A program made the translations under genes and the position numbers. The notes beneath the pieces were generated by a model. The model searched no databases, had not been told where the DNA came from, and saw only the letters and a program-made list of their open reading frames with translations. A DNA stretch of 64,000 nt, taken from Squalus acanthias. Taxonomy: Eukaryota. Positions 48,490-60,961 of this stretch are shown one piece after another. Within the stretch, counting starts at the first letter, position 1, and every line of letters begins with the position of its first letter. The stretch is from positions 8,928,001 to 8,992,000 of the forward strand of contig CM059432.1 in NCBI GenBank assembly GCA_030390025.1, written 5' to 3'.

Positions 48490-48793
48490 ATATCACAGAA
48501 TCCCCACAGTGCAGATAGAGGCCATTTCGGCCCATCAAGCCTGCACCGACACATATCCCACCCTATCCCCGTATTTAATCCCCCTAACACTAAGGGTCAA
48601 TTTATCATAGCCAAATCAACCTAACCCGCACATCTTTGGACTGTGGGAGGAAACCAGAGCACCCGGAGGAAACCCACGCAGACACAGGGAGAATGTGCAA
48701 ACTCCACATAGACAGTCACCCGGGGCCGGATTTGAACCCGGGTCCTTGGCGCTGTGAGGCAACAGTGCTAACCACTATGCCACCGTGTTGCCC
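48490..48793 (-). mobile_element. V-SINE (HE1-like)
   Basis: Reverse strand reads gggcaacacggtggcatagtggttagcactgttgcctcacagcgcc...gggttcaaatcc, then V-domain-like gtctgcgtgggtttcctccgggtgctctggtttcctcccacagtccaaagatgtgc and a CR1-like tail. Confidence 0.85.
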
Positions 48794-49506
48794 AATTCAG
48801 AAGTGATTACCTACTGGAATCATCAAGGCATTTCCATTACGGGGCGAAGATTAGCACGAGCTTTTCTGTTCTCCCACCGTAACTTTGGCAGAAACACCCG
48901 GAAAAAACAAAGCGGGAATAGCCTCTTGCACTTAAATTAGGGCGAGAGATCGGCGAATCATCGCGGAAATGCTCGGCGTATATATGTTTATCTTAGTCGA
49001 GGAAAATCTGCATATCATGCCCCAACAAACCCCGCATTGCAGAGCGAATGAACGAGAGGTCATGAAAGGTTCTGCTGAAAGGTCACTGACCTGCAACGTT
49101 AACCCTGTTTCTCTCTCGGCAGATGCTGCCTGACCTGCTGAGTGTTTTCCAGCATCTTCTGTTTTTATTGCAGAGCTAATGTTCCTGCTGAAGCTGTTTA
49201 TACATCTAACTCAGCTCTTGCAGTGGCTTCAAATCTGTTCCTTATACAAACCCACAGCCAAAGTGTTAACATACCTCTATTAAATCAAATGCAGCTTGTG
49301 ATAGTTCCATGGGGACAGAGTATCTCATCCAAATAGTCAGTCTTCATGCGTGGGATGAGACAGTGATCGTTAGAATCATAACCTTGCTTGATCTTGACCT
49401 AATACCAAATTCACTTTGTAGCATGAGTCACTTGGTATCAATCAGGAGAGGTAACACTGGCTGTTTTTTCCCCCTCCTCTCTAGCCCAGGGGCACAACGC
49501 CAATTG

Positions 49507-50283
49507 TAACACAAGAACATAAAAACAGAAGAAATAGGAGCAGGAGTAGGCCATACGGCCCCTCGAGCCTGCTCCGCCATTCAATAAGATCATGGCTGAT
49601 CATCGACCTCAACTCCACTTTCCCGTCCGATCCCCATATCCCTTGATTCCCCTAGAGTCCAAAAATCTATCGATCTCAGCCTTGAATATACTCAAAGACT
49701 CAGCATTCACAGCCCTCTGAGTGAGAATTCCAAAGATTCACAACCCTCTGAGTGAAGAAATTCCTCCTCATCTCAGTCTTAAATGGCCGACCCCTTATCC
49801 TGAGACTGTGACCCCTAGTTCTAGACTCTCCAGCCAGGGGAAACAACCTCTCAGCATCTACCCTGTCAAACCCCCTCAGAATCTTATATGTTTCAATGAG
49901 ATCACCTCTCATTCGTCTAAACTCCAGAGAGTACAGGCCCATTCTACACAATCTCTCCTCATAGGACAACCCTCTCATCCCAGGAATCAATCTAGTGAAC
50001 CTTTGTTGCACGGCCTCCAAGGCAAGTGTATCCTTCCTTAGATAAGGTGTCCAAAACTGTGTACAGTACTCCAGGTGTGGTTTCACCAAAGCCCTGTGCA
50101 ATTGTAGCAAGACTTCCTTGCTCTTGTACTCCAACCCCCTTGCAATAAAGGCCGACATGCCATTTGCCTTTCTAATTGCTTGCTGTACCTGCACGCTAAC
50201 TCTCGGTGTTTCCTGTACGAGGACACCTAAATCTCTCTGAACACCAACATTTAAGAGTTTCTCACCATTTAAAAAACATTCTG
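49507..50283 (-). mobile_element. CR1 inserted in an older SINE-like repeat (about 49324..50380)
   Basis: ORF 49700..50194; TGTAACA repeated at both junctions. The flanks resemble diverged copies at about 14640..14910 and 23970..24200. Confidence 0.8.
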
Positions 50284-50438
50284 TAACATCCCTATCAACA
50301 ATTTGGCTATACTAATCAGACTCAGTGCATATCGGCGATCGAACCTGGTACCGCGCGGGATCCTTATGACTCAGTTCCACATTTATCTCAGTACTTTTCA
50401 ACCAAACTGTTGTTTTTTTTTTAACCTTTATCTGTTAG

Positions 50439-50684
50439 ATAACACCGCTGTGATTCTGACTCGGAGAGCCGGTTTCAGTCGACGGGAACAGGTCATTTAC
50501 TTCCTGCCCATCCTGATCGTGGACAACGGCACTCCGTCACTGAGCAGCACCAACACCCTCACTGTCCGAGTGTGTAACTGCAATAGCAATGGCGTTGGCC
50601 AGTTGTGCAATGCCTTCTTTCTGCCTGCTGGTCTTAGCACTGGAGCACTCATCGCCGTACTGGTCTGTATCCTGATGATAATAG
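50439..50684 (+). CDS. cdh19: Type II cadherin coding exon, EC5 C-half and most of transmembrane helix
   Basis: ctgttag|ATAAC...ATAATAG|gtgagt; 246 nt, phase 1-1. (D)[81 protein letters not shown]. Confidence 0.93.
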
Positions 50685-51613
50685 GTGAGTAGTCTCACAG
50701 AGTGTCTATTGACACCATTGTGTCAGCCGATGAGTTGGAAGCAGGGTGGGACTTAAGGCAGGACTCTCGAGCATCCCTGATTCCTTCACCCCACCATTGG
50801 TGGCCGTGCCTTCAGCTGCCTGGGCCCTAAGCTCTGGAATTCCCTTCCTAAACCTCTCCGCCTCGCTACCTCTCTTTCCTTTAAGACGTTCCTTAAAACC
50901 TACCTCTTTGACCAAGTGTTTTGGTCACCTGTCCTGATATCTCCTTAGGTGGCTCGGTGACAAATTTTGTCGATTACACTCCTGTGAAGCACCTTGGGAC
51001 GATTTACCACGTTAAAGGCGCTATATAAATGCAAGTTGTTGTTGTTGTCCTGGTATGATGCCTGGGTCACTGCTGACGGGCCTGTCCAATCTTTTTCCTT
51101 ATTAAAGAACATTGTAGCATTGCACATATCACCATTAGATTTACCGGAATGGTTCCGGGGATGGGGGATCTTAGCTACAAGGACAGGTTGGAGAAGCTGG
51201 ATTTGTGTTCACTAGAGCAAAGGAGGTTGCGGGGTGATTTGATAGAGGTGTACAAGATTGTGATGGGTTTGGATAGGCTAGACGGGGAAAGGCTTTTCTT
51301 ACTAGTTGATGGTACAAGGACTAGGGGACACAGATTTAAGGTTTTGGGCAAGAGATACAGGGGGGGACGTGAGGAAAAACTTTATTACGCAGCGAGTGGT
51401 GAGGACCTGGAATTCGCTGCCGACGGAAGTGGTGGAAGCGGAGACAGAATGTTTTCAAGGGGAGACTGGATAGGCACTTGAGGGAAATAAACTTGCAGGG
51501 CTACGGGGATAGAGCGGGGGAATGGGACTGACTGGATTGCTCTGCAGAGAGCTGGCACGGACTCGATGGGCTGAATGGCCTCCTTCTGTGCCGTTATGAC
51601 TCTATGACTGCAT

Positions 51614-52460
51614 GGGGGTGATTTTGCCAGCCCTGGGGAGGCGGGTTTGGAGGCGGGACTGCGAGGAAAATGGCAGAAACTGGGAGCGGATACCGAAGCG
51701 GCCCCCAATCCGCCTCCGTGTCATCTTCCCGGGAGGCGGGTCCCCGACTCACGCAGGGACCCGTCTCCTCCAGGCGGGAAGGGGATTACAGTCACTTAAC
51801 TGCCTGTTAACAGGTAATTAACAGGCAGTTAAGAGGATTATCCCCATTTTTCCAACACGAGTGTGGGCTTCCCGACGTCGGGAAACCCCGCCAGGGTCAG
51901 CGAGGCGAGCAGTGGGTCTGCGGGGGTCGGAGGGGTGCAATAGTGCACTGTGGAGGTGAGCGATGGGTGCAAGTGTGGAGAGGTAAGTATGTGAGTTGAG
52001 ATGAACTTCTTAGAAAAAGTTTCCTGACCTTTGTTTCTTCCTGCAGGCTTCAACCCTTGGGGATCCGAAGGCTCTGGCATCTCCACGGCAGAGATGACAG
52101 AATGGCTGCTGCATTCTCCGATGCAACAGCCATCTGCTTTCTGCTCAGGAAATAGGTTTGGTGAGTCTTGAGTACCAGGACTCACCAAACAACAGAGAAC
52201 GTCAGTGTTTGACGGCTTCACAGAGCTGTCAAACGATGACAATTCATCTGTCAAACATTTTTGGACAGATGGAACGTCATACGCTGACATTCTCTGTCAG
52301 CGGCTTTCCCTTAATTGGCCTGCTAAACCTGCTGGGCGGGCTTAACAAGGTCAATCAAGGGAAAATAGCGTGGGTTGGCCGGACGTCGATGGAGGCGGGA
52401 CTAAAACCCGACACGCAGCAGTCCCGCCTCCATCACGTCCCCATTGGCAAAATCACCCCC
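51614..52460. mobile_element. Harbinger-like non-autonomous element inserted in a CR1 tail
   Basis: Perfect 16-bp TIR GGGGGTGATTTTGCCA / TGGCAAAATCACCCCC. Subterminal ggaggcgggtttggaggcggg is shared with the 36445 element. (atgactct)n CR1 tail on both sides. Confidence 0.8.
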
Positions 52461-53397
52461 TGTGACTCTATGACTCTAGTCACTGAAAGTGGGTGGGGGT
52501 AGAGCTTCCGCTTTGGGCACAATCGGCGATCCGGGCGCACATTGCGGCCAAAATTTGCACTAGTTTTGAGAAGTTTCTGCTCAAACTCATTTCCATATCG
52601 CGAACGCAGATTCTGCTGTGAACCAGCGTAATCGGGCAGCCTTTTTAAAACGTAATTTTTTTTAAAAATTCCACTTTCAAAAATATTGCTTGATGTATTT
52701 AAGAGTGGTAGCTTGGCGCAGTTTGATTAACACGGCGGAGAATGTCTTTTTCACAACAAATAAGCATTTTCAATCACAGCGCCGACCCACCGCCTGTGAG
52801 TAACCCGATTCTACATTACTGCAAATTACTTTTTAAAAAAAATATACAGAACCATTTTGCTGGTTATGTTGGGGTGCAGTAGTCAGTCTCTTAGTAAATT
52901 TTTAAAAAATTCAAAAGCTTTTACATTGTTCCTATTGGTGTCCTTGAGCCCAGAAGAACCAACTTAATTTCTGGAGCCTCCTTGAAGGCCCCGCAAACGA
53001 GTGCAATTAGCGGAACCTCGCCATGGTGATTAATTCATCCTGGGGGGGTGTGGCCAGCTTTGTGGGCAGGGCCGGTTTCCAGCGCGATGTTTTTTTAAAA
53101 CTAGCGCAAAAGATCGCGTAAACCCGAGTTGCGCCGGACGCAATTTGCTCTTAAAATTCTGCGATCTTTTTGCGCCGGTTTACGCCGATAAAACCAGCGC
53201 AACCGAACGGAAAACTCCAGGCTAGGGAGTTTCATTTGCAGTAAAACAAAATGATCAAAGTCATGACGTACAGCAATGCGTCCATTTTTTGCTCATTTTA
53301 TTTGGCGCCAGTCGTGAGTGAGGCGCATTGTAGTGAACATAAACGTAATTACAGTCTTGTAGCTCTGCTGAAGGAGTTTCAACTTAGAAGAATTTGC

Positions 53398-54127
53398 ACC
53401 TCCCCTTGACATTCAATGGCATTGCCATCGCCGAATCCCCCACCATCAACATCCTGGGGGGTCACCATTGACCAGAAACTTAACTGGACCAGCCACATAA
53501 ATACTGTGGCAACAAGAGCAGGTCAGAAGCTAGGTATTCTGCGGCGAGTGTCTCACCTCCTGACTCCCCAAAGCCTTTCCACCATCTACAAGGCACAAGT
53601 AAGGAGTGTGATGGAACACTCTTCACTTGCCTGGATGAGTGCAGCTCCAACAACACTCAAGAAGCTCGACATCATCCAGGACAAAGCAGCCCGCTTGATT
53701 GGCACCCCATCCACCACCTTAAACATTCACTCCCTCCACCACCGGCGTACCATGGCTGCGGTGTGTACCATCCACAAGATGCACTGCAGCAAGTTGCCAA
53801 GGCTTCTTCGGCAGCAACTCCCAAGCCCGCGACCTCTTCCACCGAGAAGGACAAAGGCAGCGGGCACATGGGAACACCACCACCTCCAAGTTCCCCTCCA
53901 AGTCACACACCATCCTGACTTGGAAATATATCGGCCGTTCCTTCATCGTCGCTGGGTCAAAATCCTGGAACTCCCTCCCTAACAGCACTGTGGGAGCACC
54001 TTCACCACACGGACTGCAGCGGTTCAAGAAGGCGGCTCACCACCACCTTCTCAAGGACAGCTAGGGGTGGGCAATAGATGCTGGACTTGCCAGCGACGCC
54101 CACATCCCATAAACGAATAAAAAAAAA
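53398..54127 (+). mobile_element. Family-B LINE 3' fragment
   Basis: ORF 53416..53982; family-B 3' end with poly(A). Confidence 0.85.
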
Positions 54128-54681
54128 CCTCACAGATGCCGAAACAAATCTGAAATCAGTATGGCAGCTCAGGGGAAGATCTTGAATTAATATAAAGCTT
54201 TGATGTCTTTGAAGATTCTGAGCAAAGAAAGTCAAGTGGCCCACATTAAATCCCGAGTCCTCATAATTAGCACGGAATTTGTTGTTTAGCTCTCCATACT
54301 ATTTGCATATTTCTCTGCTTAAGACGACAGTGCAATGAGAATTCACGTTAGCTACTGATCATACCATATGCCTTATATGCAGATATGAAGATTGCAAAAA
54401 GAAAACAGATTGGCCCATCTCGATAGCAATAGTCTTCAGAAACCGTGCAACGAGCATTTTATAGCAAGGAGTGCCAGTTCACCACCCAAGCAGTTAAAAG
54501 TGAAAATTAACCCCTCTTTCTTATAAAAGTAGTGGGCACTTATGAAAGCACACATCCTGTTGTAGTACTATCTGGCCAGACCTCTGCATAGCACTTCAGA
54601 GTAATGCATTCCTGTATTAAAACTTGATTGATTGGATTTTGAGCTGCGAGAGGCCAGAAGAGTGTGAAGTAGATCATTATT

Positions 54682-55377
54682 GGCCCGGATTTGTGCGGTC
54701 AGCAGCGAAGAAACAGCGCTCGCCGTTCATCGCGGATGTTTCGTGGGCTTTTCTTCGGCAACTTTCGATTGCTGGAGATCATTTTCAGTGTAGCGCCTTC
54801 TACAGGGGATCTGTGGGGTGTGTGAGCAGGACCAGCAACAGCGCATCTCTTCAACCAATCAGATTGAAGAATCCTCACTGAGACACGCGGAGTCCAAACC
54901 AGGAATTATAAATTAGAATATTTAATTCACTGTAAAATCATGCACAGAAAGGGAAAGAAAGATGGGAATAAGAGAGAGAGATAGAAGACAGAAAGAAAAA
55001 GGAAAAAAAAAAGCATTTTAATTAAAATCTGAAGGAATGAGACTCCACACTTGTAAAATTACATTTTCAGGGCCAGAGAGGCTGCTTGCTAGTAATTATG
55101 ATTGATCACACAGTTAAAAATTCCTATACAGCTGAATGCACCAGCCCTAACCTAAGTACAGAAACTTAACACCCTTACATGGATTTCAATGTCGAGTGTC
55201 TCAGCGAGGTACTGTTATCGCGCAGCCTGTGGAGGAGCAGGGCAAATCGGACAGCAACATCTGGATTTCCGTGTTTAACTGCCCATGTGCGGTCTCCGGA
55301 AGTTGCTGTCCGATTTATTCCATATTAACGGCGAGCGCTGACAGCCTCACCGTTATTCTTAACGCAAAACCTGAGCC
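54682..55377. mobile_element. About 700-bp Harbinger-like MITE
   Basis: Imperfect TIR ggcccggatttgtgcg / cgcaaaacctgagcc; TSD ATT (54679-54681 and 55378-55380). Confidence 0.6.
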
Positions 55378-55581
55378 ATTATGTTTGCAGGTGACCTCTC
55401 AAAAAAACAATGTTTTAACTAAAAGTTAAGGTCTGTGTTAAAAAAAAGTTCAGTTTTGTTACTTTCAAATCACCATTAGTCATTGTATAATATGTTTGGA
55501 CTAATTTACAGTCCACCCAAGAGATTGGTTACCTGATATCATCAGACCTCCTGAATGTTTTCTTTTTCGTTTCCTCCTCAG

Positions 55582-56069
55582 CGCTTGTCTTACTTTTTCT
55601 AACGCTCAGACGACACAAGAAAGACCCTCAGTTTGCTAACGAAGGTGACGACATCCGGGAGAACATTGTCAGGTACGACGATGAAGGGGGCGGCGAAGAG
55701 GACACAGAAGCTTTCAACATGGCCACCTTGAGGAGCACGCGAGTTGTGCGAGAGGCCAAGGCTCGAAAAGGCGTAACGCCCGAAATTCAGTCTCTGTACA
55801 GACAGTCGTTCAGAATCAGCCCGGATGCCGCTGTTTTCAGAGAGTTTATCAGTGAAAGACTGAAAGAAGCCGACACGGACCCCTCTGCTCCCCCGTTTGA
55901 TTCCCTGAAGACGTACGCGTTTGAGGGGAACGGTTCAGTCGCGGGCTCCTTGAGTTCCTCGGCTTCAGTGGCCTCAGACCAGCATTACGATTACCTCAGT
56001 GACTGGGGGCCTCGCTTCAGCAAGTTGGCGGACTTGTACGGGAATTATGTAAGCGACCTGGCTTCATGA
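55582..56069 (+). CDS. cdh19: Type II cadherin last coding exon: end of TM, p120- and beta-catenin-binding cytoplasmic tail, stop
   Basis: cctcag|CGCTTG...TCATGA; 488 nt. (A)[51 protein letters not shown]...SLYRQS...[24 protein letters not shown]...[41 protein letters not shown] and AGSLSS are CDH19-type as I recall them. Confidence 0.94.
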
Positions 56070-56221
56070 GGCGAGAGAAGGAGAGGGACATTTAAATGTC
56101 ACAGCTAAGGATACGCTTCTGGCTTTGAGCTTTTGACATCGAGTCTCACCCGCCCGCAGTGCGTATTGGAAGCTCAGCCACGTATTACGTGTGATTTTCT
56201 GACCATTTCATTTCATTTACA

Positions 56222-56963
56222 GGAATGGTAGCGTTTTGGTAATGTCACTGGGCTAATAATCCAGAGGCCTGGACTAATCATCCAGAGACGTGAGTTCAAA
56301 TCCCACCACGGCAGCTGGGGAATTTAAATTCAGTTAATTAAATAAATCTGGAATAATTACTAGTATCAGTGATGGTGACCATGAAACTATCGGATTGTTG
56401 TAAAAACCCATCTGGTTCACTAATGTCCTTTAGGGAAGGAAATCTGCCGTCCTTACCCGGTCTGGCCTATATGTGACTCTAGACCCACAGCAATGTGGTT
56501 TCCCTCTGAAATGGCCTAGCAAGCCACTCAGTTGTAACAAACCGCTACGAAACACAATAATAAGAATGAAACTGGACAGACCACCCGTCATCGACCTCGG
56601 CACCAGGCTGCGGACACGGCAACGGCACCCAGCCCAGTCGACCCTGCAAAGTCCTCCTCACCAACATCTGGGGACTACCTAGAAGGACAAGGGCAGTAGG
56701 CACATGGGAACACCACCACCTCCAAGTTCCCCTCCAAGTCACACACCATCCTGACTTGGAAGTATATCGCCGATCCTTCATCGTCGCTGGGTCAAAATCC
56801 TGGAACTCCCTCCCTAACAGCACTGTGGGAGTACCTTCACCACACAGACTGCAGCGGTTCAAGAAGGCGGCTCACCACCACCTTCTCAAGGGCAATTAGG
56901 GATGGCCAATAAATGCTGGACCTTGCCAGCGACGCCCAAATCCCATCAATGAATTTAAAAAAA
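56222..56963 (+). mobile_element. tRNA-headed family-B element (SINE head, LINE 5' remnant, LINE 3' end) in the presumptive 3'UTR
   Basis: A-box-like tagcgttttgg and B-box gagttcaaatccc, shared core, then CKVLLTNIWGL fused in frame to PRRTRAVGTWEHHHLQVP and the family-B 3' end. Confidence 0.78.
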
Positions 56964-57364
56964 GGCCAGAAAAACATTTGCAACACACCTGAGTTTCCGA
57001 TACGCACATCCAGCAGTGGTCCTCACGCATTGGGACTTCAGCGTCAGGGAAATTACCTCGACCCTCATGTCTTGTACCCCAAATTTTTATCCCTATGTTT
57101 AGAAAATAGTGGGAAACTTCTCAGGAGCAATCAGAATAACTAATGGCTTTCAGCGGGAATCTGTTGTTGATTGTCGGCCCACTTTCATTTCAATTCCAGC
57201 ATCTGACACAGACTTGGGCCCTCTGATACTAAAGGCGCAATGAAGTGCAATATTTAATCTGACTGAGCAAAATGATCGTGTAATTGATGAACGTGAACTC
57301 ACGAGTACAAATAGAATCAGCATCACATTACTCTCCGAAGGTATTCTACAAGCTCTGGAGTTAG

Positions 57365-58075
57365 ACATCAGGTGTGGCTCAGTGATAGCATTCTTGTCTC
57401 TGTGTCAGGGAATTGTGGGTTCAAAGGTTCCACTCCAGAGATTTGAGCACAAAATCTAGGCTGACACTCCAGTGCGGTGCTGAGGGAGTGCTGCACTGTC
57501 GGAGGTGCCGCCTTTCGGATGAGACATTAAACCGAGGCCCCGCCTGCCCTCTCAGGTGGACGTCAAAGATCCCATGGAACTATTGTTCAGAAGAGCAGGG
57601 GCGTTATCCCCGGTGTCCTGGCCAATATTTATAATTCAACCAACGTCACTAAAACAGATTATCTGGTCATTATCACATTGCTGTTTGTGGGATTTGGCTG
57701 CCGCGTTTCCTACATTACAACAGTGACCACACTTCAAAAGTACTTCATTGGCTGTAAAGCACTTTGGGACGTCCGGTGGTCGTGAAAGGCGCTATATAAA
57801 TGCAAGTCTTTCTTTCTTTCTTTCTTTCTTCCATCCTTTCTTTCTTTCTTTCAGTGTCCTGGCCAATATTTATCCCTCAATCAACATCACTAAAAACAGA
57901 TTATCTGGTCATTATCACATTGCTGTTTGTGGGAGCTTGCTGTGTGCAATTTGGCTGCTGCGTTTCCTACACTACAACAGTGACTGCACCTCAAAAAGCA
58001 CTTCATTGGCTGTAAAGCACTTTGGCACATCCTGAGGTTGTGAAAGGCGCTATATAAATGCAAGTTCTTTCTTTC
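57365..58075 (+). mobile_element. Full-length Deu-SINE followed by a tandem 3'-half copy
   Basis: Head gtggctcagtg...gggttcaaa; Deu core ggaggtgccgcctttcggatgagacattaaaccgagg; (TTTC)n tail; 3' half repeated at 57855..58075. Further Deu-SINE copies at about 32285..32650, 33470..33700, 39925..40270 and 45420..45820. Confidence 0.82.
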
Positions 58076-59979
58076 TTAGGCTCTGGAAGTTACTGCTAGC
58101 GATGTGCTATGTACGAACAATTTGTACACTCATATCACATTCCATTCTCAGCTATTTTTTTAATAAATGGGTTAATGCCTTTGATGGAATAGCACAGGGA
58201 GGAATTTGATCGGAGCATGTTAGCGTCAGCCTATAGTATCGCCAAGGGTAATTACTAGCCTTTGATAATATGTTTCCTTATAAAATATGCAAGTGTTTTC
58301 TGCTTGTTGGGAAACTAGAGTGGGGCTTTTTGTAGATGGTAATGTCTCGTTGTGATGTTGAATGGGATTTTTTTGGGCCACATGGCCGTTAGTAAAGGAT
58401 GCCTGATGGAGATTTTTTTTCTTTTTGCCCTTCTCATTTTTGGAGAACTTTGGTGCTTATTCAGATGAGGGACATTAGCGCAGCGGAACTGAACACTTTC
58501 TATTTCTGACACGCAGCGTCTGTATCAAGCATTGCCAGCTCGGCTCTGCACGGTCCAAAGCAAAACTTGCTCGACTTCAACCCAATCTCAGAAGAGCATT
58601 CCTCACTGTGCCACTGTGACATTAGCAATTTAGTGTCGATTAGTTCCATATTAGGGATGGTTACGTGATTTGTCAATGCCTGGGTAGGAAATAGCATTGA
58701 TATTGCACAAGGTCATTTTACATACAACCCTTACAGATAGGAGAGAGCAATTGCCCTGAGCTTGAATCATGAAAATCCCCTTTAATTCTTTTGGTGATGA
58801 TTTTTAATTTAGTGCACTCTTGTTACAGTCTCGCCAACCATTGGAAACACTCAACCACTATTTATCATGGAATTGCAGTGAATTTCCAGCACAGAAACAG
58901 GCCATTCAGCCCAGCCGGTCTGTGTCGGTGTTTATGCTCCACACGAGCCTCCTCCCACCCCTACTTCATCTCACCCTATCAGCATAGCCTTCTATTCCTT
59001 TCTCCCTCATGTGTTTATCTAGCTTCCCTTTAAATGCATCTATTCTATTCGTCTCAGCTGTTCCTTGTGGTAGCGAGTTCCACGCTCTGGGTAAAGAAGT
59101 TTCTCCTGAATTCCCGATTGGATTTATAGGTGACTGTCTTATATTTATGGCCCCTAGATTTGGACTCCCTCACAAGTGGAAGCGTCTTCTCTACATCTTT
59201 CTATCCTATTATATCCCTTCATAATTTTGAAGACCTCTGTCAAGTAACCCCTTAACCTTCTCAGCTATAGTGAAAAAACCTTACCCCATCGGGTCTCTCT
59301 TCATAGAATCATACAGCACAGAAGGAGGCCATTCGACCCATTGTTCCTGTGCTGGCTCTTTGAACGAGCTCTCCAATCAGCCCCACTCCCCTGCTCTTTC
59401 ACCAGAGCCATGCAAATTCTTCCTTTTCAATTATTTATCCAATTCCCTTTTGAAAGTTACTATTGAATCTGCTTCCACCGTTCTTTCAGGCAGCGCATTC
59501 CAGATCACAACAACTCGCTGCATAAAAAAATTCTCCTCATCCCCCCCCCCTCGGGTTCTTTTGCCAATTATCTGAAATCTGTGTCCTCCGGTTACCGACC
59601 CTCCACCAGTGGAAACAGTTTCTCCTGATTTACTCTGTCAAAATCCTTCAGGACTCTTCTGTACCCCCTCACCCCATGTAACATCCTAGTGAAGCCACGC
59701 TGCTCCTTTTCCATTAAACTGTGTCAAAGTAATTATACTCGACTTGGAATAGACCAGAGGCCTGTCGTGGGGCGGGGTGGGGTGGGGAGAGGGGCTTAGA
59801 AGGGCTGGCCAGAGCTCCAATACTACATTAAACCTGAATTCTGTAGGGCCAGGGACAAAGGTTTTTTTCATCAGTATGAAAACCATTTCCCACTCAATGC
59901 TCAACCAGCCCTTCCAACCTCTCTACATTGCTGGGGGGCAAACAGGAAGGATGTTGGTTGCTAAGCCTAAAGTTGACTG

Positions 59980-60690
59980 GTCACCAGATTTGCAAGAATG
60001 GTTCCAGGGATGAGGGACTTCAGTTATGTGGATAGACTAGAGAAGCTGGGGTTGTTCTCCTTGGAGCAGAGAAGGTTGAGAGGAGATTTGATAGAAGTGT
60101 TCAAAATCATGAGGGGTCTAGACAGAGTAGATAGAGAGAAACTGTTCCCATTGGCAGAAGGGTCGAGAGCCAGAGGACACAGATTTAAGGTGATTGGCAG
60201 AAGAACCAAAGGCGACACGAGGACAAACTTTTTTACGCAGCGAGTGGTTAGGATCAGGAATGCGCTGCCTGAAAGGGTGGTGGAGGCAGATTCAATCGTG
60301 GCTTTCAAAAGGGAATTGGATAATTACCTGAAGGAAAAAATTTGCAGGGCTACGGGGAAAGGGCGGGGAAGTGGGACTTGCTGAAGTGTTCTTGCAGAGA
60401 GCCGGCACGGGCTCGACAGGCCGAATGGCCTCTTTCTGTGCTGTAACCATTCTATGATTCTATGATTTTATGGTCACGGGATGTGGGCGTCGCTGGCAAG
60501 GCCAGCATTTATTGCCCATCCCTAATTGCCCTTGAGAAGGTGGTGGTGAGCCGCCTTCTTGAACCGCTGCACTCCGTGTGGTGAAGGTGCTCCCACAATG
60601 CTGTTAGGGAGGGAGTTCCAGGATTTTGACCCAGCGACGATGAAGGAATGGTCGATATATTTCCAAGTCAGGATGGTGTGTGACTTGGAG
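59980..60690. mobile_element. CR1 (+, about 59980..60470) tail-to-tail with a family-B LINE end (-, about 60473..60690)
   Basis: ORF 59998..60384 is CR1; ORF 60522..60773 is family B. Confidence 0.82.
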
Positions 60691-60961
60691 GGGACGTTCA
60701 AATTCTCGTCTACGACAGTTAGTGGCAGTATCAATGAAGGGCTGAATAGGGGGGAGGAAGTGGAGGTGTACACTGATAGATCCGTTCAGGAGAATACCAA
60801 AGTGTGCCTGATGTTGTGAGTAAGCTGCAGACAGCATTCACATCTGAGGACAAAAGCCATATCACGGGAAGCCCCCGTGAAGTATTCTGTTCAGAAAACT
60901 CAAAATATTCATAGCATTAAAATTCAAAAAAGTAACATTTTAGGCTGAGATATGTGACAAT

